This document shows positions 53,173-64,000 of a stretch of DNA of 64,000 bases, in pieces (the stretch's first letter is position 1; the number at the start of each line of letters is the position of its first letter). The notes under the pieces are model-generated. The model did no database searches, had not been told where the DNA came from, and saw only the letters and a program-made list of their open reading frames with translations. Source of the stretch: Nymphaea colorata (Eukaryota); contig NC_045138.2 of the NCBI RefSeq assembly GCF_008831285.2, positions 18,414,001-18,478,000 on the forward strand, written 5' to 3'. The position numbers were made by a program, and so were the translations under genes.

Positions 53173-53924
53173 TTGCGTGCGAAGCTAGTGCAATCTACAG
53201 CGTCTGTGTTCTTCTTCCGTTGGATTAACGTTGCCTTTTTCCTTTATAATGAGATGAAGTGAAGGAAAAGAATGATGTATGAGCAAAAATGGGAGCGCGA
53301 TTTAATCGAAGCAATAAAACAGCAATGTTTTTTCTGTTGAGAGAGTAATAAAAGTAGCATTTCCGTATTTGATTTGCAGTCTTTCATTGTTTACTATCAG
53401 GTAACGAGAACTCACTGCCGCTAACGATGCCAGCCGGTTACTAATATGGAGAACCACATCCAAATTTGGGTTCGGAATACTAACATCTAAACTAATATAA
53501 ATTTGTTTCCAAACAAGGTTGGATTAAGTAAAGTTGAATCCAAATAAGAATACATTTTCTTGTGCCGGATACCTACAAAAGATGTCAAGCATTAATGCTA
53601 CTTAATTGTCATGGTATTTTTTATTTTCTCATGTCATACATCTAATGAGCGAGAAAGTGGTATAGAGCGGCGAATGAGAGAAATCTGGGTTATTCAATTT
53701 TAATCTTGAAAAATTTATAGTAAAAAAGCTTCCTAACTCATAGTTGGATAATAGAGGACCACCGGACTTGTGGACTTCAACAATGAGGCGCATATCAGTC
53801 CGCAACACGAAGAGCCGCTTCAACAATAAACATTAAAATATTAATCAAAGTACAATGCTACCCCTCTTCAAAAAATTTATTTATTTAAAAACGTCAATAA
53901 TTTTTATTTGTTTTTTAAAGAAAA

Positions 53925-54260
53925 CCTCGTTGACGAACTATTTGAGATCAGGGTCAACTATAATGGAGCTCAACTCAGTCTACTTGAAGCCCGAGATTTT
54001 TCAGGCGTTTCTTGACTTTCTTCCGGGCAGGGACTCGCTGCCCTTGATTAGGAGCTCCTACGGTAAGATCTCGTCGTCCGGGCAAGGCCCTCCGACGGTG
54101 TAGTCTATGTAGCGGCGATGTTGGGCTTGTGGGCGGTAACGAACTCAAGGTATTCCTTTGGATGGGATGGAGCCCTCTTCGTGGAGGTCATAAGCAAAGA
54201 CACCAGCTTCTGGGGATGCTTCACCGAGGCGGAGAGACGGTGGAGCAGAGCTCTCAACGA
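53925..54260 (-). pseudogene. Unidentified decayed GC-rich coding-like fragment
   Basis: The minus strand gives protein-like stretches in shifting frames with in-frame stops (..EYLEFVTAHKPNI.., ..YIDYTVGGPCPDDEILP*ELLIKG.., ..KKVKNA*KISGFK*TELSSIIVDPDLK*FVNE). Family not recognised. Confidence 0.35.
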
Positions 54261-57058
54261 AGACGGAAGAGACCGTTTTTGTGCATTAGGTTTCTCTTTC
54301 CTTTTTTTTCTCCTTTTCATTTAATAATTAATTAGAACGTGCCTGGAGAACTTGGGGACGAGGAGCAACTCTGGTTGCAGGCCTCTGCATAATGCATCCA
54401 AGAATGGGCACCCCGGTGATCAATTTTTGCTTTAATCAGGGACTGGTTTTTTTTTTTCATATTAAAAAATGGTGTCTTCGTTTGTGTGTTTTTCTATGGT
54501 TGATCATGTTGAAGCAAATATTTTGTTTTTCTATTTTTTTCGAATCGTCTATTTGTCTTCTAGAATGGTATTCCCGTTTGTTGATTGTTCTTGGGGTGTT
54601 GCAGGGAGACCATTGGAACTAAAGACCGTCAAATTCCAAAGTGACGTGTTCCAATGCCCGGGTGTGGTGTTGATCTTCTTAGGTCAAAACTAATTTGCCA
54701 GTGCATTATATGTGTCCAGTCCTTTTCTTTGTGGCATCCAAGAGTTGCACTGTTGCAGATAAAACCCTTTCTTTTACCCAAGATTATACGTTAAATGCAT
54801 TTTTTTTGTTATTAGAGAGAAAGTGTGCAACTTTACCTCTGCTGCATTGCAAAATCGTAAAAGAAAATGCAAGAAACGGAATTAGTAGCAATCCAGGGTT
54901 TATCTTCAATTTTCTTTCAGTATCCTTAGAATGGACTGTGGTAACTTTACTTCTGTAGCTTTTAGTGAATTTCTTTCTTTATTCTTTTTTTTTTCCTTCT
55001 ATGTCTTTGTGAAAAGCTTAAGTTAAGCTTATTACACCACGCGTCTGGAGTTTGCTTTTGAATTATCTCATCATGGAGAAGAAACTTCTGCTTCACGTAT
55101 TACAAGGTTTCCTTCTGACAGTGGAAGTAGCACTAACTAATGACATGCTGTCTATGTATGTCCTTGTACGCACATGGTTTTCCATCTAAAGCCTTCACTA
55201 TAAAGGTGCAATCCAGGTTGTTACCCAATTTCACTGTGCTGGAGCTGGATAGACTGAGGATGTCTCGACCTTGTATATCTTCGGAAGAACTGGGTGCTAA
55301 GGCTACTCAGTCTTTTATTTGGCCTCCAAGTACCATACAATGTGAGATGCCTTTCTTTCTTCTTAAAACTGTTAGGAATTATACTCTGTAAGCTTACTTT
55401 GATTGATAGAGTAATATCACAATATATAAAGTTTTTCTCAGTTTGTCTTAATTCTTAAGTATTTCTGTCTTATCTCTATGTAGATCGACTCCTGCTGATC
55501 TTTTGTGCCTTGTCATTTTACTTAGTTGGTGAACTTAGTACGGTAGTACCTAAAAAGTCTTGCTATTCCATTGGTGAACTTATTAGCTCCAATCACCAGT
55601 TTCACAGCAAAGTGCATGTGTTCATCTAAATTTTGAGAAGAGTTTCTGCTACTAATATGGTTATAGCAGAAAGATCATAAAAATTTAAAGGTATTCGATA
55701 TTGAGATTCAAATATATTTGCAATATATGAAGGCAACAGAGGCATTCCCCTGCAGACATTTTTTGAAGGTAACAGAGTGCAAAGGTAACACACATTTCAA
55801 TACTTTTGGGTAATCTTGAAAAGGTTTGTTCTTGGACTATGTAAAGTGCAAATTATTCTCTGCTATCAAATGGGGACGATGAGTAGCTCCCCAACCATCA
55901 CAAAGCATTTCTGCTCATAATGCCTCAATTTCTGTTGCCGAATTTTTAAATCTTGGAATATGTGGAAGAGCAAATTTTTTGTTCATTCTAGCTTCTTACT
56001 TGTTGATTTTCTTGTTCGGTGAACTGGCACAAGCCGTTTATTAGCAGAATACTTGTCCTAAGGTGATATTTCTTTGTTTTTGCATCACACCTTAATGCTG
56101 GGATTACCACAACGTAGAATTTCTACAGGATTGACTTTTTCCTTGAGCATATTTATTGTAATACTGAATTTTTTTTTACTAGTGTAATAGTTGGAGGAAA
56201 AGAACGTGTTGAATATGCCTTATCTTCTTCAGAATCTAAATAGTATTTCATCGAGGTTAAAAGGTATCAAGTCATAGCACGATGTTGACTTCTTGAATCA
56301 CACCTCAAGACATCATTTTCTTTATTGTAAACTTAATTTTCATCATTTTTCTAACCCTAAAATGTTCCTGGATGGATACCATTTTTAAATGCATATTTAT
56401 CCATCATAATTGAAACCATGTCTTGCATAAGCATCGCAGGAACTAGTCTCACTATCTGATAGCTCGTCTCTAAATGACACAAAAAATTTGCACTACAGGC
56501 ACGTAGCCTTGCAAATATCTGCTTGATTTGAAAGCTAATGGTATGCCTCCAATTGTATGTTAGATGATGCTTTTTATCATCATGTTCATTGAGGTTGAAA
56601 TGAATCTTTGTTGTATAGAGCAGTGTAAATAGGATAAGGTTAATGTTCTTGTGTTTTGCATGTCTGCAAGTCTTTTACAAGTGGCATTTGAGAGTATGGA
56701 TTAAGGAATATTCAGCAGACTTGGTCATGTGGCATTTTTATATTTAACCTCGCAACAGGTCTCCGACTCTCCTGCTATTGTGATTGCACATCATAATCTA
56801 TAAGGTTTTTCACACCTACATTTGACAATCTTGAATTGTTGAAGGATGGTCTTCCTGGAGCCTTTTGTAAACCACAGGAGTGCTAGCAGTGCATGAAGTC
56901 ATCCGTATTTTAACTAGAAAACCTATGGAGGCGAAGTTTGGTCTTCTATATTTTGTTCCTACTTCCTAGCTGGCAGGTTAGATTATCTACTTCGCTACTT
57001 CTCAGTGTTTCAACATTTAGCCCTATTCTACTTTGTTTTCGGAGGATGCCTTATGTAG

Positions 57059-57152
57059 GAAGAAGAAAACATTCAGTTTCAGCTCGGCATAAGACAGGGT
57101 GCAACTGCAAGAAGTCAAAATGCCTTAAGAAATATTGTGAATGCTTCCCTGC
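57059..57152 (+). pseudogene. Tesmin/TSO1-like CXC (CRC-domain) exon, probably a pseudogene relic
   Basis: [30 protein letters not shown]..|GTATGT matches the second CXC motif of TCX/CPP proteins. The upstream ~56757-56940 has only a weak, interrupted resemblance to the first CXC and linker. A downstream exon was not found. Confidence 0.7.
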
Positions 57153-57369
57153 GTATGTGGAAACTGTTTTTATCTATATATATTGAATGAAGGAGTTCTC
57201 CACATACTGCTTCCATGTGCTAAATTTACATCTTGTTAATCTACCTGCTCAGAGACTGATGTCGACAAAACTTCCTCACCTTTTATTGCTTGACATATAT
57301 AGCAGGCTGGATATGGGCAGATTAATTGCAATCGTATCATTGCCAATGAGAAATAACATTTGCCATCAA

Positions 57370-58830
57370 CAAAACAGTGCTTGCACAATCATGCCGTTGC
57401 CCCTAGGTAAACATGCCATTGGCTCCAAGTCAGGTAGAACTCTTACGGGAGCATAAAGATTCTATAGGCATGCAACTTACGGCTCAGGGATATACGCGAC
57501 CGGAGGGACTTGATTACTATGACAGTTTTGCTTCTGTCGCTAAGTTGGTGATGATGCAACAATTGCTTGATGCATATGCCAACAATGCATTCTTACATGG
57601 TAGTTTGGTAAACGAAATATACTTGAAATTGCCTCCTTGTCGTGCTTTGCAAGGATACACTCGTGCATGTGGACTCAAGTTGAAATCCTCATGCGGCTTA
57701 AAACACATTAAGTTGGTGGTTTGCCAATTTTTCTATTACTCTCGCATATGTTGGTGTTGCTCAATCTCAAGCAAGTTATTATTCTCCTATCTGCAAACAA
57801 GAAGAGTGAAAAGAAATGTTCGTTCTTGCATATGTGGATATTGTTGAAATCATATAAGATGATAACCTTGACGTCATCAAGAATAAGGAATTTCTTATTA
57901 AAAAATTCCACATCAAAGATGTAGGACAGTTGAAATACTTTCCTGGTACAAAGTTGCTCAATCACAAGAACGGTTGGTATTTCTTGATCGACGGAAATAT
58001 TATACTTGGACTTACTAAACAAGACAGGCGTTCTAGACTCCAAACTGAGCATTATTCCTACAAAACAACAAAATAAGTTTGACAATCATGCACAATTGAT
58101 CAAGAATGGAAGTAATTACAGACGACTTGTTGGTCAGCTTATGTACTTGACAATTATAAGCTCCCATATCTTTCACCTGTCCACATCCATAAACAATGTA
58201 TGCATGTACCCATGGAGCAATTTTGCGATGCAGGCATCAAGTTATCAACATATTTAAAAAGGGTCTCAAGGGCAGGGCATCAAGCGTGTTGAAGGCATAA
58301 AACGAGTTGAATTTAGGTTGTCATGAAGCTCTGACTAGTTAAGATGGCCTATTTGCAGGCATCAAATTATCAAGATATTTAAAAGGAACTCAAGGGCAAG
58401 GCCTCATGTTCTAGGCATAAAACAAGTTGAATTTTTAGGTTGACAGGTCCTGACTAGGCAAGCTGTTCTATTTCGAGGAAACCAATACTTGGGTATTGCA
58501 TTTTCTTAAGAGAAAAACTTATCTCATAGAGAGCAACGAAACAAGCAGTAGTATCAGGATCGCAGCAAGAAAAAGTATTATGGTTGCCTTATCTTTTGAA
58601 AGCCCTTCGTTGTGAGCAAAAGTCACCACTCACTCTATATTGTGACAACAAGCAGCAATATGCATAGTTGTGAACCCAATTTTTGTTAAGCACACCGACC
58701 ATATCAAATTAGATTATCTTGGACAGTAAAATAAATTCAAGCTGAAATAACATGCACCAAGTATGTATTGAGCAAGGAGGAAACTGCAAATATTTTCACA
58801 AGTACCCTGAGGTAGGATCAGTTCAAATAT
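57370..58830 (+). mobile_element. Degraded Ty1/copia reverse transcriptase + RNase H remnant
   Basis: Frameshifted motifs PLPLGKHAIGSK, AQGYTRPEGLDYYDSFASVAKL, NNAFLHGSLVNEIYLKLPP, LAYVD, KDVGQLKYF, YRRLVGQLMYLT, GYCIFL..LIS, LYCDNK, NPIFVKHTDHIKLDY and ANIFT. Confidence 0.88.
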
Positions 58831-60670
58831 ATGACTATGTATCTCGCACGAAGATCAGCATGATTTCTGTGATTATATTCTTCTTTGTTATAAACTCACA
58901 TTTCTGTAATCATCTTCTGTAAAACACATTTATTTTGATCGAGTATCTGAACCATGTAAAGAATAAATCCTTTCACTGTCATTTTCCTGGAACATAGCAT
59001 GTTCTCTGTACGATTGCCTCAGACCAGTCACATGGCTAGGGAATGTAATAGGTCGGCAAGATCTTATTACCGACCCTTAATTGTACATGTTTAGTTGGAT
59101 TCATGAGTAAATGAAATCAGCTAGGTCCCATCCTGATCAAATTCGGACTCAGAATATGATGTAGGTGGCCAAATCCAAATTTGAATCAGAGACCAGGGAA
59201 GGATCTTACGCGATTATGCTTGAACTTGTGATTGATTTTACGTACCTCTGTGAGATGAAGATTCGATTTTAGAGATTCAAGTCCAAATTTGAGTCTGAGT
59301 CTGGTCCGGTTAAGGAATTAAATAATATAAACTCGATGCAAAAAAGGAGCAAGAAACTTAATCGTTTGATAGTTCAGACCACATGGCGTGTCATATATGG
59401 ATTGTCAGACAACCATCAAGCTGACGACGTAATAATGCTGCTGGCACTTGTTAATGTACTCGCGTTGGTTGGGCTGATTGAGTTTGGTGAGTTCATTACA
59501 AAATCTAGTCGAACTTCGGTTAGATCTTGAAGCTTTACGAAGTCCGATTAAATCTTGGGATTTGATTGAAATAAAACTCGATTATCCGACAACTTTACTA
59601 AGCTTAATTCGGATTTTGAATTTGGGAGCAAGCCTGTTTGTTGGATTTAATTAATCAGGTCATATTTCCGCAATTACCAAATCCATGTAATTGTACTTGG
59701 ATTCCCTCCTGTAATTTGAAAAATTTAACACACATGGCGTGCATCTCTGCATGTTACCAAGCACCCTTTAAAGGCTCCATTTATTTCACTCTCTCTTTCA
59801 TTAAAATTTACTAGCCAGCAATATTTTTCTTGGCAAGATTAATGCTCGTTGGCCTCACTTCTCCACTGCTTATGAAATTTTGCGGCAAGGCTCTAGCTAA
59901 ATGGTTACTTCTCATTGTATGCATAACATTTTTCTCCCCAATTAAATCATCATGGTATAGTATTGCAACTTTAAATACCAGCTGCAAGTATAAGAACATT
60001 CTGTGAGTGTATCTGTTCAAAGATTAGAATGAAATGCTACAACTAATGTTCCATGACCAAAACTTTATGATAGATTTTATGATGGGACATTCACTGCCAA
60101 ACAACCCGTTAGGTGCACCATGAGCAAATAGCTAAGAGCAACAATATGTAATAAAAAACATTTATTGGACGGTATCGGCAACTGCCCACGGATGTCCACA
60201 TGTGGCTCCCCTCCTGGCGAGGTTGTATCGATCTTTCAGGTACTGGAGCAAGAGCAGTCTGATCATTCAGTTTCTTTTACAACCAACAGGTTTTGAAGGA
60301 AAAAGGGGCCCATAATATATGATGCCAAGTTCCTTGTTTTGTTGACTAGGGATTGGAAGACTGAGGCAGTAGCGCAGCCATGGTGTGGCTAGTCTCATCA
60401 AGTGCCCACACCAACTCTTCCAAAATACCATTGCAGTCAAACTTGACCTAAGTCTACATGGTTGAACACTCAAAGTGTTTGTTAACAAAAAAAAAAAAAT
60501 CCTGGCTCCACCAGCCGAATGGGGTGGTACGTCCATGTCAAAGATCTGGATTTAAAGCACTAAGCATGTGAAGGTTTCTTCTGTCACCAGACATTAATTA
60601 GAGGCGATCAAATCACTAGATATTAGGTTGATATTAAATGATTCATCATGTTCCTGAAGATAGTGACACT

Positions 60671-60842
60671 CAGTGGCGGAGCCAGAAAAATTGACTGGAA
60701 GGACACTTGTTGAAACAAACTCAAATATGGTAGGGCACTTTTATATATATATATATATATATATAAGATAAATATTTAAGATTTCTACATAAAAGTAAAA
60801 AACTTTTAAGAGGCTGGTGTGGGCAATGTGGCCACGCCACTG
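60671..60842. mobile_element. hAT-type MITE with 8-bp TSD
   Basis: TIRs CAGTGGCGG.. / ..CACGCCACTG. Flanks are GTGACACT and GTGATACT (7/8 match). Confidence 0.8.
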
Positions 60843-60858
60843 GTGATACTTTGATTAA

Positions 60859-62345
60859 CACTTCAGAAAAAAGATGGATTCATTGATACGTAGGAAAATT
60901 GGACGGCAGTGAAAGACTACTTTTATCGATGTGTGAACATTAATTTTTATCGACGTATAGAGCAAGATGTCGCTGAAAGTAGTTTTCACCAACACTTACT
61001 GCTAGGATGTCATTGAATTTGAGCTTTTACCGATGTCCAATTCGAAAACATCGATAAACATGTCACTTTTATCGACAATAGTGAAAAAAAACATTGATGA
61101 AAAGTAGTCTTTCCCACGCGTGCTGCTAGGTTGTCATTTGAAGTTGAGCTTTTGACAACAACCAGCTCAAAAACGTCGCTAAACACATTACTTTTGTCGA
61201 TGTTTACAATAGAACGTCGATAAAAACCCTTTTATCGACGTCCACTTAGCAGACATCAAATAAAAAGAAGTAAGCTGTACCAACATGTGGCCATGCATGT
61301 GTTGCTGAAAGTCTCTTTCACCAACACATGTAAAACGTCGATAAAAGTTAGCACAAAAATTTTACTGACGTTTTTAAGTGAACATTTACCGACCCATTCC
61401 ATGTGTCGATAAAGTCATCCCTGACTCTGTAACTCCACCGAGCCTTTCTTCTCCTTTCTTCTTCTTCTTCTATCTTTTCCTTTCTCATTCATCTTCTTTC
61501 CACCGGCATTTACCGAAGTTTTTGGTGGATTGCAAGTGTTTTTTTTATGTCTAAATGATAAAAGGTAGGTTGCACAAACTCAATGTTAAGTTTTTTTTCT
61601 TTGTGAATGATTTTAGGTTATGATATTGTTTTAGAGTAATAATTTTAGGTTTTTTGCTTCAAGCTTTTGTGGTTTTGCATTTCAATCTTCTTCTCCAATC
61701 GGCAGGCACAGTGTTGCCAAATTAGAAACGAGCATTAACTACTACTAGTGAGGTAGTTGCTTTATTCTATTTGTTTCATGTCTTCTCTATCTTCTTGTTT
61801 ATTTTGTACGATTCATGTCTCATCTATATCTTTTTGTTGTTTATTGTATTTAGTTCATGTCTTTTCTGTCTTCTTACTGTTTCTATACTAGAGGTAATCA
61901 TTTTAGGTTTTCTGTTTCTCTTTTTTTTTCAGTTTGGCTGTATCTATTTATGTTTGATATAAATGCAATGCACACATGTATGAGTCGATAAAAGAAATTA
62001 ACAAATCTTCAGCAACGCATGAAATTGTAGTGATAAATATATTGCTAACGTCCACTTATATTCCGATAAAAAGTTTTACCAACGTCCAAACATGTCGGTA
62101 AAATTTTTGCCAATGCTTGCTATGTATCAATAAAAGTTTTATCGATGCTTGCCACGTGTCCATAAAAGTTTTATTACCGAGACGTGAGTAATAATTTTAT
62201 TTACCTACACACATGACGCGGCGCGTGCTCTAGAATGTCAGTGATAGTTTTCACAGACATTATCTTCATTGTGGGCCACCTCGAACATCCGTAAAACGTT
62301 TACCCATGTTTTTCAGCCATCGGTAATCCTTGGTTTTTTTATGAT
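60859..62345. mobile_element. Non-autonomous CACTA (En/Spm)-like element with dense subterminal repeats
   Basis: Starts CACTTCAGAAAA (near the CACTACAAGAAAA consensus). Many direct and inverted TTTATCGACG / CGTCGATAAAA motifs lie at 60.9-61.4 kb and 62.0-62.3 kb. The right terminus is degenerate. Confidence 0.55.
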
Positions 62346-63709
62346 AAGGTATGTATTAGCTGGGTTGTGACCCATCTTGCATGTAATTAGATTTGTTGAC
62401 AGTAGCAGGTCAGGTGTCCGAACCAACTCTAAATAAACTTGGTTTTTGAATTGGCACAACAACCATAAACCATACCATGTGGCCGACAGGCACGATCCTG
62501 GCCGGATTAGGATCTACAGGTTTGGGTTTCAGACCGTGGGATGGCGAACCAACGTTGTTTTGGATCCGGCTTGACCCAGCTCAACCTGACCTAGCTGGAC
62601 CCAGAAAGGGCAGATGTGAGGCATGGGCAGCCTATTTTCATCCGGCCAGCTCAGGCGGACCCCGAAAAGGCATATGAGGCCTGGACTTTTGAGGGACCTG
62701 CAAGGGCTGTTTGGCATTAATAAATTTGTATAAAAAAATGAGACAGATTCATAAAACACTTTTTAAATCGGTGAGTTCTAGCTGACCTCGACATGGGCAG
62801 ATGGGCGTGGGCCTTGAGCTAGCTTGTAAGCTGGCAAGAGAGATTTTCATCCGTCCAAATTACTACCCAAATTACTTTCACCTAAGAATAAGATTGTCTT
62901 GACAAAAAAAAAAAAGAAGAGCCTACAGTAACTGCTTTTATTACGTCAGTATTGTAAAAAAGATGGGGTGAAAGGCTTGTCTTTTGTGTATACTTGAAAA
63001 AGAAACTTTTAATTGAATTGCTACGTGCTTTTCATCAAAATCGTTAAATAAGGGTTTAAAGAAGAGCATTAAATGCATGGCGCTAACAATGGGAGTGACT
63101 TCGGTGCACGAAGACATATACGCAAAAAAAAAAAGAAAAGGAAAAAAGTAGTAGTTGGGGTATTTTGAAAAAAATGTTTCTTTTAGTTTTTTTTCTATTT
63201 TTTTTGGTTTGTTCTTTTATTTTTACAAAAGGTGTAAGTTTTCTTTTTCTATTAATCAAGGGTATTTTGGTCATTAAACATAACAATGAGAGGAAAAAAC
63301 CAAGCACTAGCGTATGCGTATAATCAGTTCCAGCTAACATGGGAAAACACGTTCCCGTGTTTTACCGAAGGGATATTTACTCACAAGGGAACTCTTCTGC
63401 ATTTCACTTTTGCCTTAACAAGGGAAGGGTTCTTTCATTTTACTATCAGGGGCATTTTGGTCATTTCCAACCCGTAGCACTTGGTCCCAAGAAATAAAAA
63501 CATTAGCTGTGACTTTTTCTAATATTATCTGTCGAAATTGAATTCCAGTTTTACCCATTTAAGCGGCATATTAGAATTGGATATACAAGGAAGAAAGGCG
63601 TAAACTTAATTTAGGGTGCATTTGTGCTGAGGATCTCAGATCTGTACATGCATCTAAGATCGACATCCCTCTCATCTTGTCGGATTTCAAATCTGTAGAA
63701 TGAGGCTAT

Positions 63710-64000
63710 CAAAGTTATTGTCACAAAAAACGCTGTTTTTTTTAAAAAAACGCGTATTTAACGCTAAAAACAGTTCTGCCGTATAATACCTGTATTATTC
63801 CCGTTTTTTTTAAAAAAATGTCAAAAAACAAAAAACGCGTATAATACCCATTTAATACTCGTATAATACCCGTTTTTTACCGTTATTTTTCCGTTTTTTG
63901 CCGTTTTTTTATTAATTATTATTTTTTATAATTTTTAAGATGTATTAAATGTTTAATTTTTTTTAAAAATTTACCGAACTTTTTCCGTTTTATTTTCGAT
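63710..64000. mobile_element. Start of a DNA-transposon-like element with CCGTTTTTT / ATAATACCC subterminal repeats, running off the window
   Basis: Abrupt onset of reiterated CCGTTTT, AAAACG and TAATACC motifs. Confidence 0.4.

Overview
Flowering-plant nuclear DNA: spliced genes, (AG)n/(AT)n microsatellites and many MITE-like repeats. The species cannot be assigned from the sequence alone. Four apparently intact genes: a two-exon GT-2-clade trihelix transcription factor (minus, 3286-5709), two tandem 12-exon SULTR3-type sulfate transporters (28933-36225 and 39826-47758) and an intronless LRR-extensin-like gene (51982-53172). Gene relics include RING-H2 E3 ligase fragments, a LIFEGUARD/BI-1 5' fragment, a tesmin/TSO1 CXC exon and an unidentified decayed coding fragment. 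There is also a degraded copia RT-RNaseH and a CACTA-like element. The most unusual structure is a ~2.03-kb near-perfect inverted repeat (14140-16173, ~1-kb arms, ~60-nt spacer) carrying two head-to-head RING-H2 copies. It is a candidate long hairpin-RNA / proto-MIRNA locus, and its right edge is fused through a 3-nt microhomology to a copy of sequence found 2.6 kb downstream. Splice coordinates were read by eye. No database searches were run.
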